Source: Candidatus Heimdallarchaeota archaeon (GTDB lineage Archaea > Asgardarchaeota > Heimdallarchaeia > Heimdallarchaeales > Kariarchaeaceae). Taken from it: DNA of 64,000 nucleotides. How positions within the stretch are numbered: position 1 is the stretch's first letter; the number at the start of each line of letters is the position of its first letter. The notes under the pieces were generated by a model. That model was not told the DNA's origin, did not search any database, and was given only the letters and a program-made list of their open reading frames with translations. A program made the translations under genes and the position numbers. Positions 50,052 through 58,916 of the stretch are shown here, in pieces. The stretch covers positions 25,274 to 89,273 of the forward strand of contig WAKA01000232.1 of assembly GCA_015523565.1 (NCBI GenBank). The letters run 5' to 3'.

Positions 50052-50750
50052 TTGGGTGTGGATTATTCCGACATTACCGTGATCATCCCAACATTGAATG
50101 AAGAACAAAACATTGGGAGATTAATTGACAGAATAAAAGAGCTCTATCCCCCCATTAGAATTCTTGTGGTTGACGATGGCTCAAAAGATGCAACTGCCCA
50201 AATTGTCATTGACAAATCAAAACAATATGGAAATGTAAAGCTACTGGATAGAAAGTCAGAAGAAATCAAGGGATTGACAATTTCAATTCGTGATGGAATT
50301 CTAAATACTGAAACAGAATGGTTTCTCATTATGGATGGCGATTTTCAGCATCCTCCTGAATACATTGACGATGCAATTAAATGCATGGATGAAAATGCAG
50401 ACTTGGTTATTGGAAGAAGGGACAAGATAGAGGAATGGCCTTTTACACGGAAAATGATTTCCATTGGTGCACAAGCTTTAGGAAAGATCTCTCTTTTCAT
50501 TAGAAGAAAACAAATCCCAAAGGACATAATGTCTGGGTTTTTCGGTGGAAAGACAGAAGTGCTTCGGGCTTTCGCCAAAAATGATAAGATTCTTGAATTC
50601 AAGGGTTATAAGTTTCTTTTCGATATCCTCAAGGTATTCCCCAAAGACAAAAAAATCTGTGAATTCGGCTATGTCTTTAGAAACCGTGAATATGGCACTT
50701 CCAAGATCGGAAAGAAACAAATCATCGCTTTTCTGAAATCATTGTTCTAA
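50052..50750 (+). CDS. family 2 glycosyltransferase (dolichyl-phosphate sugar synthase-like)
   Basis: ITVIIPTLNEEQNI, VVDDGSKD, DGDFQH, matching the GT2/DPM1-like motifs. The listed start is TTG; GTG at 50058 is also possible. Confidence 0.75.
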   Translation: MGVDYSDITVIIPTLNEEQNIGRLIDRIKELYPPIRILVVDDGSKDATAQIVIDKSKQYGNVKLLDRKSEEIKGLTISIRDGILNTETEWFLIMDGDFQHPPEYIDDAIKCMDENADLVIGRRDKIEEWPFTRKMISIGAQALGKISLFIRRKQIPKDIMSGFFGGKTEVLRAFAKNDKILEFKGYKFLFDILKVFPKDKKICEFGYVFRNREYGTSKIGKKQIIAFLKSLF

Positions 50751-50855
50751 TTAATTTAATGGGTGTCATTATCTATGATATTTTAAACACCAGAAAGGTA
50801 ATGAACATAAGTTAGGCAAAAAAGCCACAAGCAAAAAAAAAGTTGGGATTTCGCT

Positions 50856-53099
50856 ATGAAGGTGAAAAATACAGACGAAATTAGAAACATGATCATGAAC
50901 CATCCCATTGAACAGCGCCGTATATTTTCAATAGCCGCGCATATCGACCATGGGAAATCTACCACTGCTGATTACTTGTTGGCAAAAGCCGGTTTGATGT
51001 CTGCTGAAACTGCCGGCGACAAAAGAATGACTGATCTTGATGAAGAGGAACAAGAAAGAGGAATTACCATCTTCACAACTGTAGTTATTCTTTCTTATCA
51101 ATATACTGAAGAAGATGGCACTGTCAATGACTACCTTTTCCAAATCAATGATACCCCTGGACACCTTTCATTTACTGGTGAAGTTTCAAGGGCTTTGAGG
51201 GGCTCTGATGGGGCAATCATCCTAGTTGATGCTCTAGAGGGAATGATGACTCAGACAGAAACCAATATCCAATTGGCTGTCGGTGAGGAATATTGTAAAC
51301 CTGTTCTTTTCATCAACAAGGTTGATCGGTTAATCTCTGAACTTAAGCTTGATCCAAAGGACGTTTTCTCAAGACTTGACATCATTGTTTCACAAGTAAA
51401 CAATAAAATTAAGGCTATTGTCCCTCCTGAATTCAAAAAATCATGGCGGGTTTCATTCCAGGACAATTCTGTTGCAGTTGGTTCTGCCAAGGATGGATGG
51501 GCATTCACTGTTGAAATCCTCAAGGAGAAAAAACTGACTCCTCAAACTGTATTCCAGAAATACAATGAGGATGATAAGGCTTGGTTAAGAAAGAACCTTC
51601 CATTGGATGATGCTTTGCTTAGAATGGTTATCCAGCATTTGCCCAATCCTGTGGAATCACAAAGGATCAAGATTCCAAAAATCTGGCATGGTGACCTTGA
51701 ATCAGAAGCTGGCAAAGCTCTTATAAATTGTGACCCCAATGGTCCTCTCCTTGGAATGATCACAAAAATATTTATCCATCCAAGAACCAAAAGACCAACT
51801 TTGATTGGACGTGTGTTCTCTGGAACCCTCAAGGATACTGACAAGATTTACCTGATCAATGGTCGTCAACAGGCAAACATCACTAGACTTGGTGTGATGG
51901 AGCTTGATGATATCCTTACCGTACCAAAAATCCCCGCAGGAAATCTGTTTGCTGCTGACGGTTTTATCTGTCCAGCAGGTGAATCATTCACTAGAGTGGG
52001 TACGGAAATCCAAGGATTTGAGGCAATCTCCTATGCCGCTGAACCCGTTGTTTCCCGTTCCATTTTCCCCAAGAAGCAGACTGATGTCGCAAAGCTCGGA
52101 AAGGTCATCAGCACTTGGATAATGGCTGACCCTACTGCATCATATGAGATGGATCCTGAAACAAAGAAATACACTTTGCAAGGGATTGACCCTCTTCAGA
52201 TTGAAATCTTGATCACACGTATAAATGAACAAGTGCCAATTGAGGTATCTGATCCTGTCATTGTTCACAGAGAAACTATAGGAAAAGAATCAGAAGTGTT
52301 TACCACTAAATCACCAAATGGACACAACAGGATACAAATGAAACTCTATCCATTGCCACAATCAATGATTGACTTCCTCAAGGAAGGAAAAGACCTTTCC
52401 ATGATGGACAATCGTGAAAGAGGTCGACTATTGGCTCAACATATGGATCATGACAAATACCCTGATTTTGACGACAAATTCTTTAGAGGATTTTGGGGTG
52501 TCTCAGATACAAATCTGTTGATAGAAAGCACAAAAGGTGTGCAGAGACTTGAAAGAATCAAGGAGTTTGTGATTAACACTTGGCGGCAATTCACCAAGAA
52601 AGCAACATTGGCTGGAGAACCATTGATGGGTGTGCTGTTCGTAATCACGGATGCAACTGTCCACACAGACCCTGCACATACTGGTTTGACCGAAATCATG
52701 ACAATGGTCTCTGCCGCCTGTAACCTCTGTTACTTGACCGCAGATCCAAAACTCCTTGAACCAATGCTCACTATTGACATAAAAGCTCCCTCTGATTATG
52801 TAGGTGCAATAACTGGTCTTCTTACACAACACAGAGGTGTCATTCAAGAAATCAAGGATGTGGCTGGTTCAACACAAATCCGCGGTCTTATCCCAACATC
52901 TGAAACAATGGGTCTCGCAGATGAAATCAGGGGTGCAACTGCAGGTCGTGGGTTCTTCGGATATCAATTCAGCCACTTCCAAGAAGTGCCACCTCACCTG
53001 AGAGAGGAAAAAATCTCCTTTATCAGAAAGAGAAACGGTCTCAAGGAAGAAATTCCAACAATGGACACTTGGGCAAGATTCATTTACAAACAAACCTAA
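50856..53099 (+). CDS. elongation factor 2 family GTPase (EF-2 or EF-2 paralog)
   Basis: 747 aa. G1 AHIDHGKST, G2 RGITI, G3 DTPGH, G4 NKVDR. The domain IV loop reads DATVHTDPAHTG rather than the canonical diphthamide loop. It is not embedded in the str operon. Confidence 0.8.
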   Translation: MKVKNTDEIRNMIMNHPIEQRRIFSIAAHIDHGKSTTADYLLAKAGLMSAETAGDKRMTDLDEEEQERGITIFTTVVILSYQYTEEDGTVNDYLFQINDTPGHLSFTGEVSRALRGSDGAIILVDALEGMMTQTETNIQLAVGEEYCKPVLFINKVDRLISELKLDPKDVFSRLDIIVSQVNNKIKAIVPPEFKKSWRVSFQDNSVAVGSAKDGWAFTVEILKEKKLTPQTVFQKYNEDDKAWLRKNLPLDDALLRMVIQHLPNPVESQRIKIPKIWHGDLESEAGKALINCDPNGPLLGMITKIFIHPRTKRPTLIGRVFSGTLKDTDKIYLINGRQQANITRLGVMELDDILTVPKIPAGNLFAADGFICPAGESFTRVGTEIQGFEAISYAAEPVVSRSIFPKKQTDVAKLGKVISTWIMADPTASYEMDPETKKYTLQGIDPLQIEILITRINEQVPIEVSDPVIVHRETIGKESEVFTTKSPNGHNRIQMKLYPLPQSMIDFLKEGKDLSMMDNRERGRLLAQHMDHDKYPDFDDKFFRGFWGVSDTNLLIESTKGVQRLERIKEFVINTWRQFTKKATLAGEPLMGVLFVITDATVHTDPAHTGLTEIMTMVSAACNLCYLTADPKLLEPMLTIDIKAPSDYVGAITGLLTQHRGVIQEIKDVAGSTQIRGLIPTSETMGLADEIRGATAGRGFFGYQFSHFQEVPPHLREEKISFIRKRNGLKEEIPTMDTWARFIYKQT

Positions 53100-53148
53100 A
53101 ATTTCCTCTATAATCCTTAATTTAAATTAAAAATCAATATTATCTTTA

Positions 53149-53925
53149 ATGTTAAATGTCAAGGTATTGGGAATTGCACAAGATGGTGGAGTGCCCCATC
53201 TCTTCTGCTCTTGTTCGAATTGCAGAAAATTCCATCATAACGTGGCAAGTCTTCTTGTTGAAACTTCAACTTCAAAAATCCTGATTGATGCAACTCCAAA
53301 CATAACAGAACAACTTGGAAATACAAAAATTGATGCAGTTATCATAACTCACTTGCATATCGGACACTATATAGGACTACTTTATTTTGGAAAGGAGGTT
53401 GCAAATACAAAAAAAATTCCTCTTTTCTCATCAGCAAGCAATCTTGAGTTTCTTCAATCACATGAACCTTTTGCAACCCTGATACGAAACAAAAACTTGA
53501 TCCCATATGCAATTTATCCAGATCAAGAATTTACAATTAAGGAATTGACAATAATGCCATTTGAAGTTCCACATAGGAACGAGTTCGGAAATACCCTTGG
53601 AATTGAGATTATTGGAAGGAAAAGGCTTGTGTATATTCCTGATATGGACTATCTAAGTCAAAAAACTATTGACATAATTCAAAATTCAGATATTTCCCTG
53701 ATAGATGGGACATTTTTCTCCAACCATGAAATTCCCCGCCAAGAAAATGTACCTCACCCACCAATCCTGCAATCAATAAAAAAATTGAACCCTGAATTAT
53801 CTCAAATAATTTTCACTCACCTTAACCATACCAACCCTGCTTTGAACATCCAATCAAATGAATATTCTCAAATTAAAGAAATGGGGTTTGATGTTGCTGA
53901 TGAAGGTCGTTCTTTCAATATCTAA
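53149..53925 (+). CDS. MBL-fold metallo-hydrolase, PqqB-like
   Basis: GIAQDGGVPHLFCSCSNC at the N-terminus, then THLHIGHYIG (H-x-H-x-x-H-x). Confidence 0.65.
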   Translation: MLNVKVLGIAQDGGVPHLFCSCSNCRKFHHNVASLLVETSTSKILIDATPNITEQLGNTKIDAVIITHLHIGHYIGLLYFGKEVANTKKIPLFSSASNLEFLQSHEPFATLIRNKNLIPYAIYPDQEFTIKELTIMPFEVPHRNEFGNTLGIEIIGRKRLVYIPDMDYLSQKTIDIIQNSDISLIDGTFFSNHEIPRQENVPHPPILQSIKKLNPELSQIIFTHLNHTNPALNIQSNEYSQIKEMGFDVADEGRSFNI

Positions 53926-53957
53926 TAAACTCATGTGAAACATTTTTCTGCTGTCAT

Positions 53958-54320
53958 ATGAGGAATAATTATATGCCAACAAGAGAAATCCGAGAAAAAT
54001 TCGAGAAAATTCTTGACTATTTCTACAACAACCGATACAAAATTGTTTCTGACAGGGATGTTGACGGAAAACGAACTGTAACACTCTCGAAATATGGTGC
54101 AACATTGGTTCTTGTCTTGGAAGAGAATAACGTCGCTTTTGATACCTATGCAGAACTTAAGGAAGGCATTTATGAACTTGGTGAACTCAATACCCTAGTA
54201 AGCATCATGCTTCAAGCAAAACGAATGTGCCTTGAACTTGATTTCAGAGAAATGAATACAACTGAAAGGCTTTACCCAAAAGACAGGCAAGGGGCGGAAA
54301 CAAAAACTTCTGGGCTTTAG
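53958..54320 (+). CDS. hypothetical protein
   Basis: 120-aa ORF with no recognised motif. Convergent with the next gene, with a 4-nt overlap. Confidence 0.35.
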   Translation: MRNNYMPTREIREKFEKILDYFYNNRYKIVSDRDVDGKRTVTLSKYGATLVLVLEENNVAFDTYAELKEGIYELGELNTLVSIMLQAKRMCLELDFREMNTTERLYPKDRQGAETKTSGL

Positions 54321-55624
54321 AATACCTCATACGGTATGAGAAACTTCCCACTGAGAAATATGAACATGAACCAGAAAAGCTGATACATTAACACAATAAA
54401 AACTGAAACCGCATAAGCTATTGGGTAACGGTTTTGATTCCTTTTGATCAGTTTTGAGAATCCAATACCATTCATGAAGACAATGATGAAAAATACAAGA
54501 AATACTGGAAGTGAAACCAAAAAGAAGAATTTGAATGTTGTGGCTTCCTTTTTCGCTAATGCCTCATATTGCGGGCTGAAACCCACCAACTCCTGATAGA
54601 CTGTCCCTGCAAAAAACTGTCCAAATGAATAAAAAATCAAGGATATTCCACTAAGCAATATTGAACTGTTCATAAAATTCTTTGTTAAGTTATCTGTCAT
54701 TAACCCAATAATTAATGGCTGCAATACAAGCCAACTGAAAACTATATTGAATACCAGTATATATAAGCTCGCCCAAAATTCAAAATATCCTGCATTTGCT
54801 TCATTCGCCTGAATGGACCCTTCACTTAATGTATTATAATTGAGGAAATAGAAAAAGCCTCTTCCATAAATCACTACTGTGAAATTTAAAATAACTGGTC
54901 CAATGGCAAACAATGTGAACCACCATGGCAATATTTCACTATAGGCTCCACGGGTCGGTCTGCTTATATATTCTGAAACGAATCGCAACGTTGATTTTAC
55001 CTCTTCAGACCTTTTAATGAAGAAATAAATCAATAACCCTGGGATTACAATGAACAACGAATATGTCAAAAGCAATTGGATAAATGGCAGAATCCCTAAG
55101 CTTAAGGCATAAAGCAAATTGTCCTTGATGTTGAAATTTCCAAAACTTGCCAAAAATAGCATGGGATACCAGAAAAAAGCAAAGAAAAGAGATAAAAATG
55201 CAAGCGTGGTTGAAGCCAATGCAGGTTTTTCGGGAACATTGTTGTACCAAAGTTTCTCCTCAACCACCTCATCTACAATCGGTTCAAAATCGCTTAGGAC
55301 ACGACCATCAATTTCCACTTTACCATACTTCTTTTTAAAACGAGTCATGAATTCAGACAAAAGATCTTGGGCATCTCCCTCATCCATTCGCTTATCCAAT
55401 GTCAAAATAAACAGTACATCCCCTTCTCTCTCTTTGAATATTGTTCTGACATTTTGCAAATCCAAGTTTTCTATCTTTTCCCCTTCTGTCTCTGTGGTCA
55501 TGCTATACACTGCACTGATAAGACCTGCTGTCAGACTAATGTCTGTACCTTGCTCTTTAATTGTAAATTGCTTTGAAAAGAAAATAGAACCATAGGTTGT
55601 CATTACTATTAATGTTTTGATCAT
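54317..55624 (-). CDS. longin/roadblock-like N-terminal domain fused to polytopic membrane domain
   Basis: 435 aa. The N-terminal ~105 aa (MIKTLIVMTTYGSIFF...VRTIFKEREGDVLFILTLDKRMDEGDAQDLLSEFMTRFKKKYG) has a longin-like pattern. It is followed by 8 or more TM helices. Confidence 0.45.
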   Translation of the reverse strand: MIKTLIVMTTYGSIFFSKQFTIKEQGTDISLTAGLISAVYSMTTETEGEKIENLDLQNVRTIFKEREGDVLFILTLDKRMDEGDAQDLLSEFMTRFKKKYGKVEIDGRVLSDFEPIVDEVVEEKLWYNNVPEKPALASTTLAFLSLFFAFFWYPMLFLASFGNFNIKDNLLYALSLGILPFIQLLLTYSLFIVIPGLLIYFFIKRSEEVKSTLRFVSEYISRPTRGAYSEILPWWFTLFAIGPVILNFTVVIYGRGFFYFLNYNTLSEGSIQANEANAGYFEFWASLYILVFNIVFSWLVLQPLIIGLMTDNLTKNFMNSSILLSGISLIFYSFGQFFAGTVYQELVGFSPQYEALAKKEATTFKFFFLVSLPVFLVFFIIVFMNGIGFSKLIKRNQNRYPIAYAVSVFIVLMYQLFWFMFIFLSGKFLIPYEVF

Positions 55625-55710
55625 TTTCTCTTATCCCCTAACGTCTAATTCCAATATAAAGAGTGCGGATTCTAAAGGTTACAATGCAAATACTTTCCAT
55701 AATGAAAACG

Positions 55711-56019
55711 TTAGGAACTTATCCGACCTGAATTTTTCATCCTTCGACGATACTTGTCCAGCACAAATTCCAAACATTCCCCCAAATCAATGGACATGGA
55801 ATTCGCCAACATTATCAAGGAAAACATCACGTCTCCCAGCTCTTCTTTTATATATCCTGTGTCTCTCAATTCTTTTGTTCCATACGATGAACCCACCAGA
55901 TATGCCTTTGCAACCTCTCCCAATTCGCTTGACAAATCCATCAGTCTTGCCCAAACTGGCGTATTCTCTAAACCCATTTCCTCTGAAAAACTTTTTACTT
56001 GATCCTGCAATTTTTTCAT
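55711..56019 (-). CDS. MazG-like nucleotide pyrophosphohydrolase
   Basis: 102 aa. ELGEVAKAY...EELGDVMFSLIMLAN matches the E-x-x-E...E-x-x-D MazG core. Confidence 0.7.
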   Translation of the reverse strand: MKKLQDQVKSFSEEMGLENTPVWARLMDLSSELGEVAKAYLVGSSYGTKELRDTGYIKEELGDVMFSLIMLANSMSIDLGECLEFVLDKYRRRMKNSGRISS

Positions 56020-56055
56020 CTAATCCATTATTTTGTGCATGCTATTGAAATTACT

Positions 56056-56965
56056 GTTCTTTTCTCAATGTTTTTACAATATTCCTAAAAAAACATATCT
56101 TTGAGAAACAAATTTCTCTTAAATTCCATTCCTGTTGTTCATTTTTATTTCATAAGTGAGAAAGATATTCCCTTGGAATTAGTACTGGAGTATCAGATTC
56201 CTACTTGAATACCGTCACTGTGAAAATTGCACCTGGAGGAATTAGGTGTGATATTTGGAAACCATGTTCAAAATCTTGTTGATTGGTCTTTTTTATTGAA
56301 TTCTTTCCGTTTCTTGCCTATAACATACGTTCCAACCAATATTGAAAGGATCGAAAGAGGCGATTCCGAAGAAGTTGATGACCCATAACTCTTGGTAGAG
56401 ATCTCCGAACGGATACGAATCTCGAAGTGTTCAAATCCATAAGTCTGTGTGCATATTTTCTCATCGTCTAAATGGAAAGAGGAACAATCGTCGCCTTGAT
56501 TCTTGATGGTTTGTTCAGGGGGATTGGGAATACCTATTCGACCTGAAATAATGTTGGAATTGTTCTGGCTATCCATTACCTTGATGGTTATCACTCCATC
56601 ATAATTTATGCTTTCATTGTACTTGATAAGCCTGCCAAATATAATGTATTCATAGTTATAAGTTTCATTTAATTTCATTTTTAATTTGAAATTTGCAGGT
56701 AAACTATCAGGCCATGTCATTCCATAGGCAGTTAAATTTACATAAATCAATCCCTCAAGATCTGTTTCATTGGATTCTGGAAGTGCAGTTGGATATAGCT
56801 TAAGCCAGTTGATCTTGATGGTCATGGTTCTTGTTTGCAGATCTGCATTAACGGGAACAGAGATTGCCAAAAGTAATAACAAAACCATAAAAATGCCTTT
56901 TCCCACAATTTTCATAAAATACACCGATTTTTTCTTGTTATATCCTTTTCTATTAATTAACAAAG
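56056..56965. repeat. segmental duplication copy 1 (~0.9 kb; pairs with 57686-58595)
   Basis: Direct read-by-eye alignment. Gene plus ~210 bp of 3' flank is repeated 1.63 kb away. The flank is ~90% identical. Confidence 0.7.
56268..56915 (-). CDS. small secreted protein with C-terminal TM anchor, duplicated family copy 1
   Basis: Signal peptide MKIVGKGIFMVLLLLLAISVPVNA. N-x-T/S sequons. C-terminus SILSILVGTYVIGKKRKEF. Start set to ATG at 56915; the ORF-track start at 56963 is TTG. Confidence 0.6.
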   Translation of the reverse strand: MKIVGKGIFMVLLLLLAISVPVNADLQTRTMTIKINWLKLYPTALPESNETDLEGLIYVNLTAYGMTWPDSLPANFKLKMKLNETYNYEYIIFGRLIKYNESINYDGVITIKVMDSQNNSNIISGRIGIPNPPEQTIKNQGDDCSSFHLDDEKICTQTYGFEHFEIRIRSEISTKSYGSSTSSESPLSILSILVGTYVIGKKRKEFNKKDQSTRF

Positions 56966-57412
56966 GTAATGCTGTGCAATAGGATCTGAAATCAGAGCAC
57001 TACAAAGATCCATCGTGCCTGGTGGGATAGTGATTATTGATATCGCGCTCAAGAGGGCAAGATAAACTTCTTTTACGATATAATAATAAAAATCACCTAC
57101 ATTTCCTTCAAATACAACGTTTCCTTCTTCTTCCTCAATCAGGCTATTGTATTGGAAATGGATTTGATAATCTGTATTTCCGCAACTAAAGGAGAAATAC
57201 ATATCACTTGACTCTTCTGTTCTTGTTGGTACATTTCCGTTATTGACACAGCTAAGATAATGAAGCTTAGCGGCTTCATAGGACTGATCACGTGTGGCAT
57301 AGTTCTCTTCAACAAGAGACGCGTTCACTGTGTTCATCCCCATCATCTGGGAAATAATTAAGATCATTAATGGTAAACTAAATATCCTGAACAACTTTTT
57401 TTGTTGTTTCAT
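56957..57412 (-). CDS. small secreted Cys-containing protein
   Basis: 151 aa. Signal peptide MKQQKKLFRIFSLPLMILIISQMMGMNTVNA. 6 Cys. Confidence 0.5.
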   Translation of the reverse strand: MKQQKKLFRIFSLPLMILIISQMMGMNTVNASLVEENYATRDQSYEAAKLHYLSCVNNGNVPTRTEESSDMYFSFSCGNTDYQIHFQYNSLIEEEEGNVVFEGNVGDFYYYIVKEVYLALLSAISIITIPPGTMDLCSALISDPIAQHYLC

Positions 57413-57685
57413 AAATCCAAAATAAACTAATATGAATATTCTGTGATAATTACATGATTATTTTTAATTTCTTATCCAATACCCATTTACTTTTTTTTCC
57501 TCTCTCGGCTTAAGTGTGTTCATTAAAGGAGGGTGTTATCGTATTGATATTTTTTTCTCTTATTGTCCTATGGTTCTGAAGTGCCCTTAGACTTCTTTCT
57601 GACTTTGGTGATGGCTATTTTTGAAAAATAAACTTGATATAATAAATGTCATTTCCAAATACGATAAGTATAACATTGGATTCAT

Positions 57686-58595
57686 TATTCTTTTCTCAAT
57701 GTTTTTACAATATTTCTAAAAAAATATCTTTGAAGACAAATTTCTCTTAAGTTCCATTCCTGTTGTTTATTTTTATTTCATTTTTGAAGAAGATATTCCC
57801 TTGGAATTAGTACTGGAGTATCAGATTCCTACTTGAACACCGTCACTGCGAAAATTGCCCCTGAAGGAATTAGGGGTAATATTTGGAAATCATGTTCAAA
57901 ATCTTGTTGATTGGACTTTACCCTTGAATTCTTTCCGTTTTTTGCCTATAGTATATATGCCAAGCAATATTGAAAGGATCGAAAATGATGATTCCGAAGA
58001 AGTTGATGCCCCATAACTCTTGGCAGAGATCTCCGAACGGATACGAATCTCGAAGTGTTCAAATCCATAAGTCTGTGTGCATATTTTCTCGTCATCTAAA
58101 TGGAAAGATTGGCAATCATTTCCTTTTGTCAAAATTGTATCTTCTGGAGGATTTGGGATTCCGATTTGTCCTGAAATAATGTTGGAATTGTTCTGGCTAT
58201 CCATTACCTTGATGGATATCGCTCCATCATAATTTATGCTTTCATTGTACTTGACAAACTTGCCAAAAATTATATATCCATAATTAATGGTTTCATTCAA
58301 CTTCATTGATAGTTTGAGCTCATCAATTTCTGGAATATTCTCTGACCATGTCATCCCATAGGCAGTTAAATTTACATGGATAAACCCTTCCAAATCTGTT
58401 TCATTTGTTCCAGGAAGGGCAGTTGGATAAAGTTTAAGCCAAATAACTGTAATGGACATTCGCTTCTTTTGTAGGTCTGCATTAACGGGAACAGAGATTG
58501 CCAAAAGTAATAACAAAACTACAAAAATGCCTTTTCCCATAATTTTCATAAAATACAACGTTTTTTTCTCGTTATTATCTTTTCTATCAATTAGC
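57686..58595. repeat. segmental duplication copy 2
   Basis: See copy 1. Confidence 0.7.
57896..58549 (-). CDS. small secreted protein with C-terminal TM anchor, duplicated family copy 2
   Basis: About 80% identical to copy 1. Signal peptide MKIMGKGIFVVLLLLLAISVPVNA. Same C-terminal anchor. Confidence 0.6.
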   Translation of the reverse strand: MKIMGKGIFVVLLLLLAISVPVNADLQKKRMSITVIWLKLYPTALPGTNETDLEGFIHVNLTAYGMTWSENIPEIDELKLSMKLNETINYGYIIFGKFVKYNESINYDGAISIKVMDSQNNSNIISGQIGIPNPPEDTILTKGNDCQSFHLDDEKICTQTYGFEHFEIRIRSEISAKSYGASTSSESSFSILSILLGIYTIGKKRKEFKGKVQSTRF

Positions 58596-58660
58596 AAACT
58601 CAGAAATCAATGCAATGCAAAATTACATTGAAAGAGATACACGTGGGTATCCATAAAAAA

Positions 58661-58750
58661 TGAGCGTGAGGGGATTTGAACCCCCGACCTTCGGGTTTCT
58701 TCAAAGAAACCTTAAAAGCCCGCTGCTCTACCAAGCTGAGCTACACGCCC
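58661..58750 (-). tRNA. tRNA-Lys(UUU) with a ~16-nt anticodon-loop intron; CCA not encoded
   Basis: Reverse complement folds as acceptor GGGCGUG/CACGCUC, D-arm GCUC-AGCUUGGUA-GAGC, anticodon stem GCGGG/CCCGA, loop CUUUUAA, and T-arm GGGGG-UUCAAAU-CCCCU. An extra 16 nt (AGGUUUCUUUGAAGAA) sits after position 37. U6 follows the discriminator A. Confidence 0.75.
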
Positions 58751-58916
58751 TCAAGTTTTGAGTTTCTTTTGTTGCAAGAATTGTGATCGAACCTTGGTTC
58801 GGGTACTTGCATGTCCGAATGTTTTCAGACAAATTAAATTCAATATTGAAGGTAATTATAGGTTTCGAAACAGTTCATGGAAATGTAATGGAAATGAGTT
58901 GAATTTTCCATTTCCC

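Noticed and set aside
53149-53925. PqqB-like MBL hydrolase as evidence of a PQQ pathway
   Set aside because: No pqqA, pqqC, pqqD or pqqE is nearby. PqqB-like MBL proteins are widespread outside PQQ synthesis.
56020-58760. Possible integrated mobile element at the tRNA-Lys
   Set aside because: No integrase, transposase or terminal direct repeat of the tRNA 3' end was found. The duplication is better explained as local segmental duplication of surface-protein genes.
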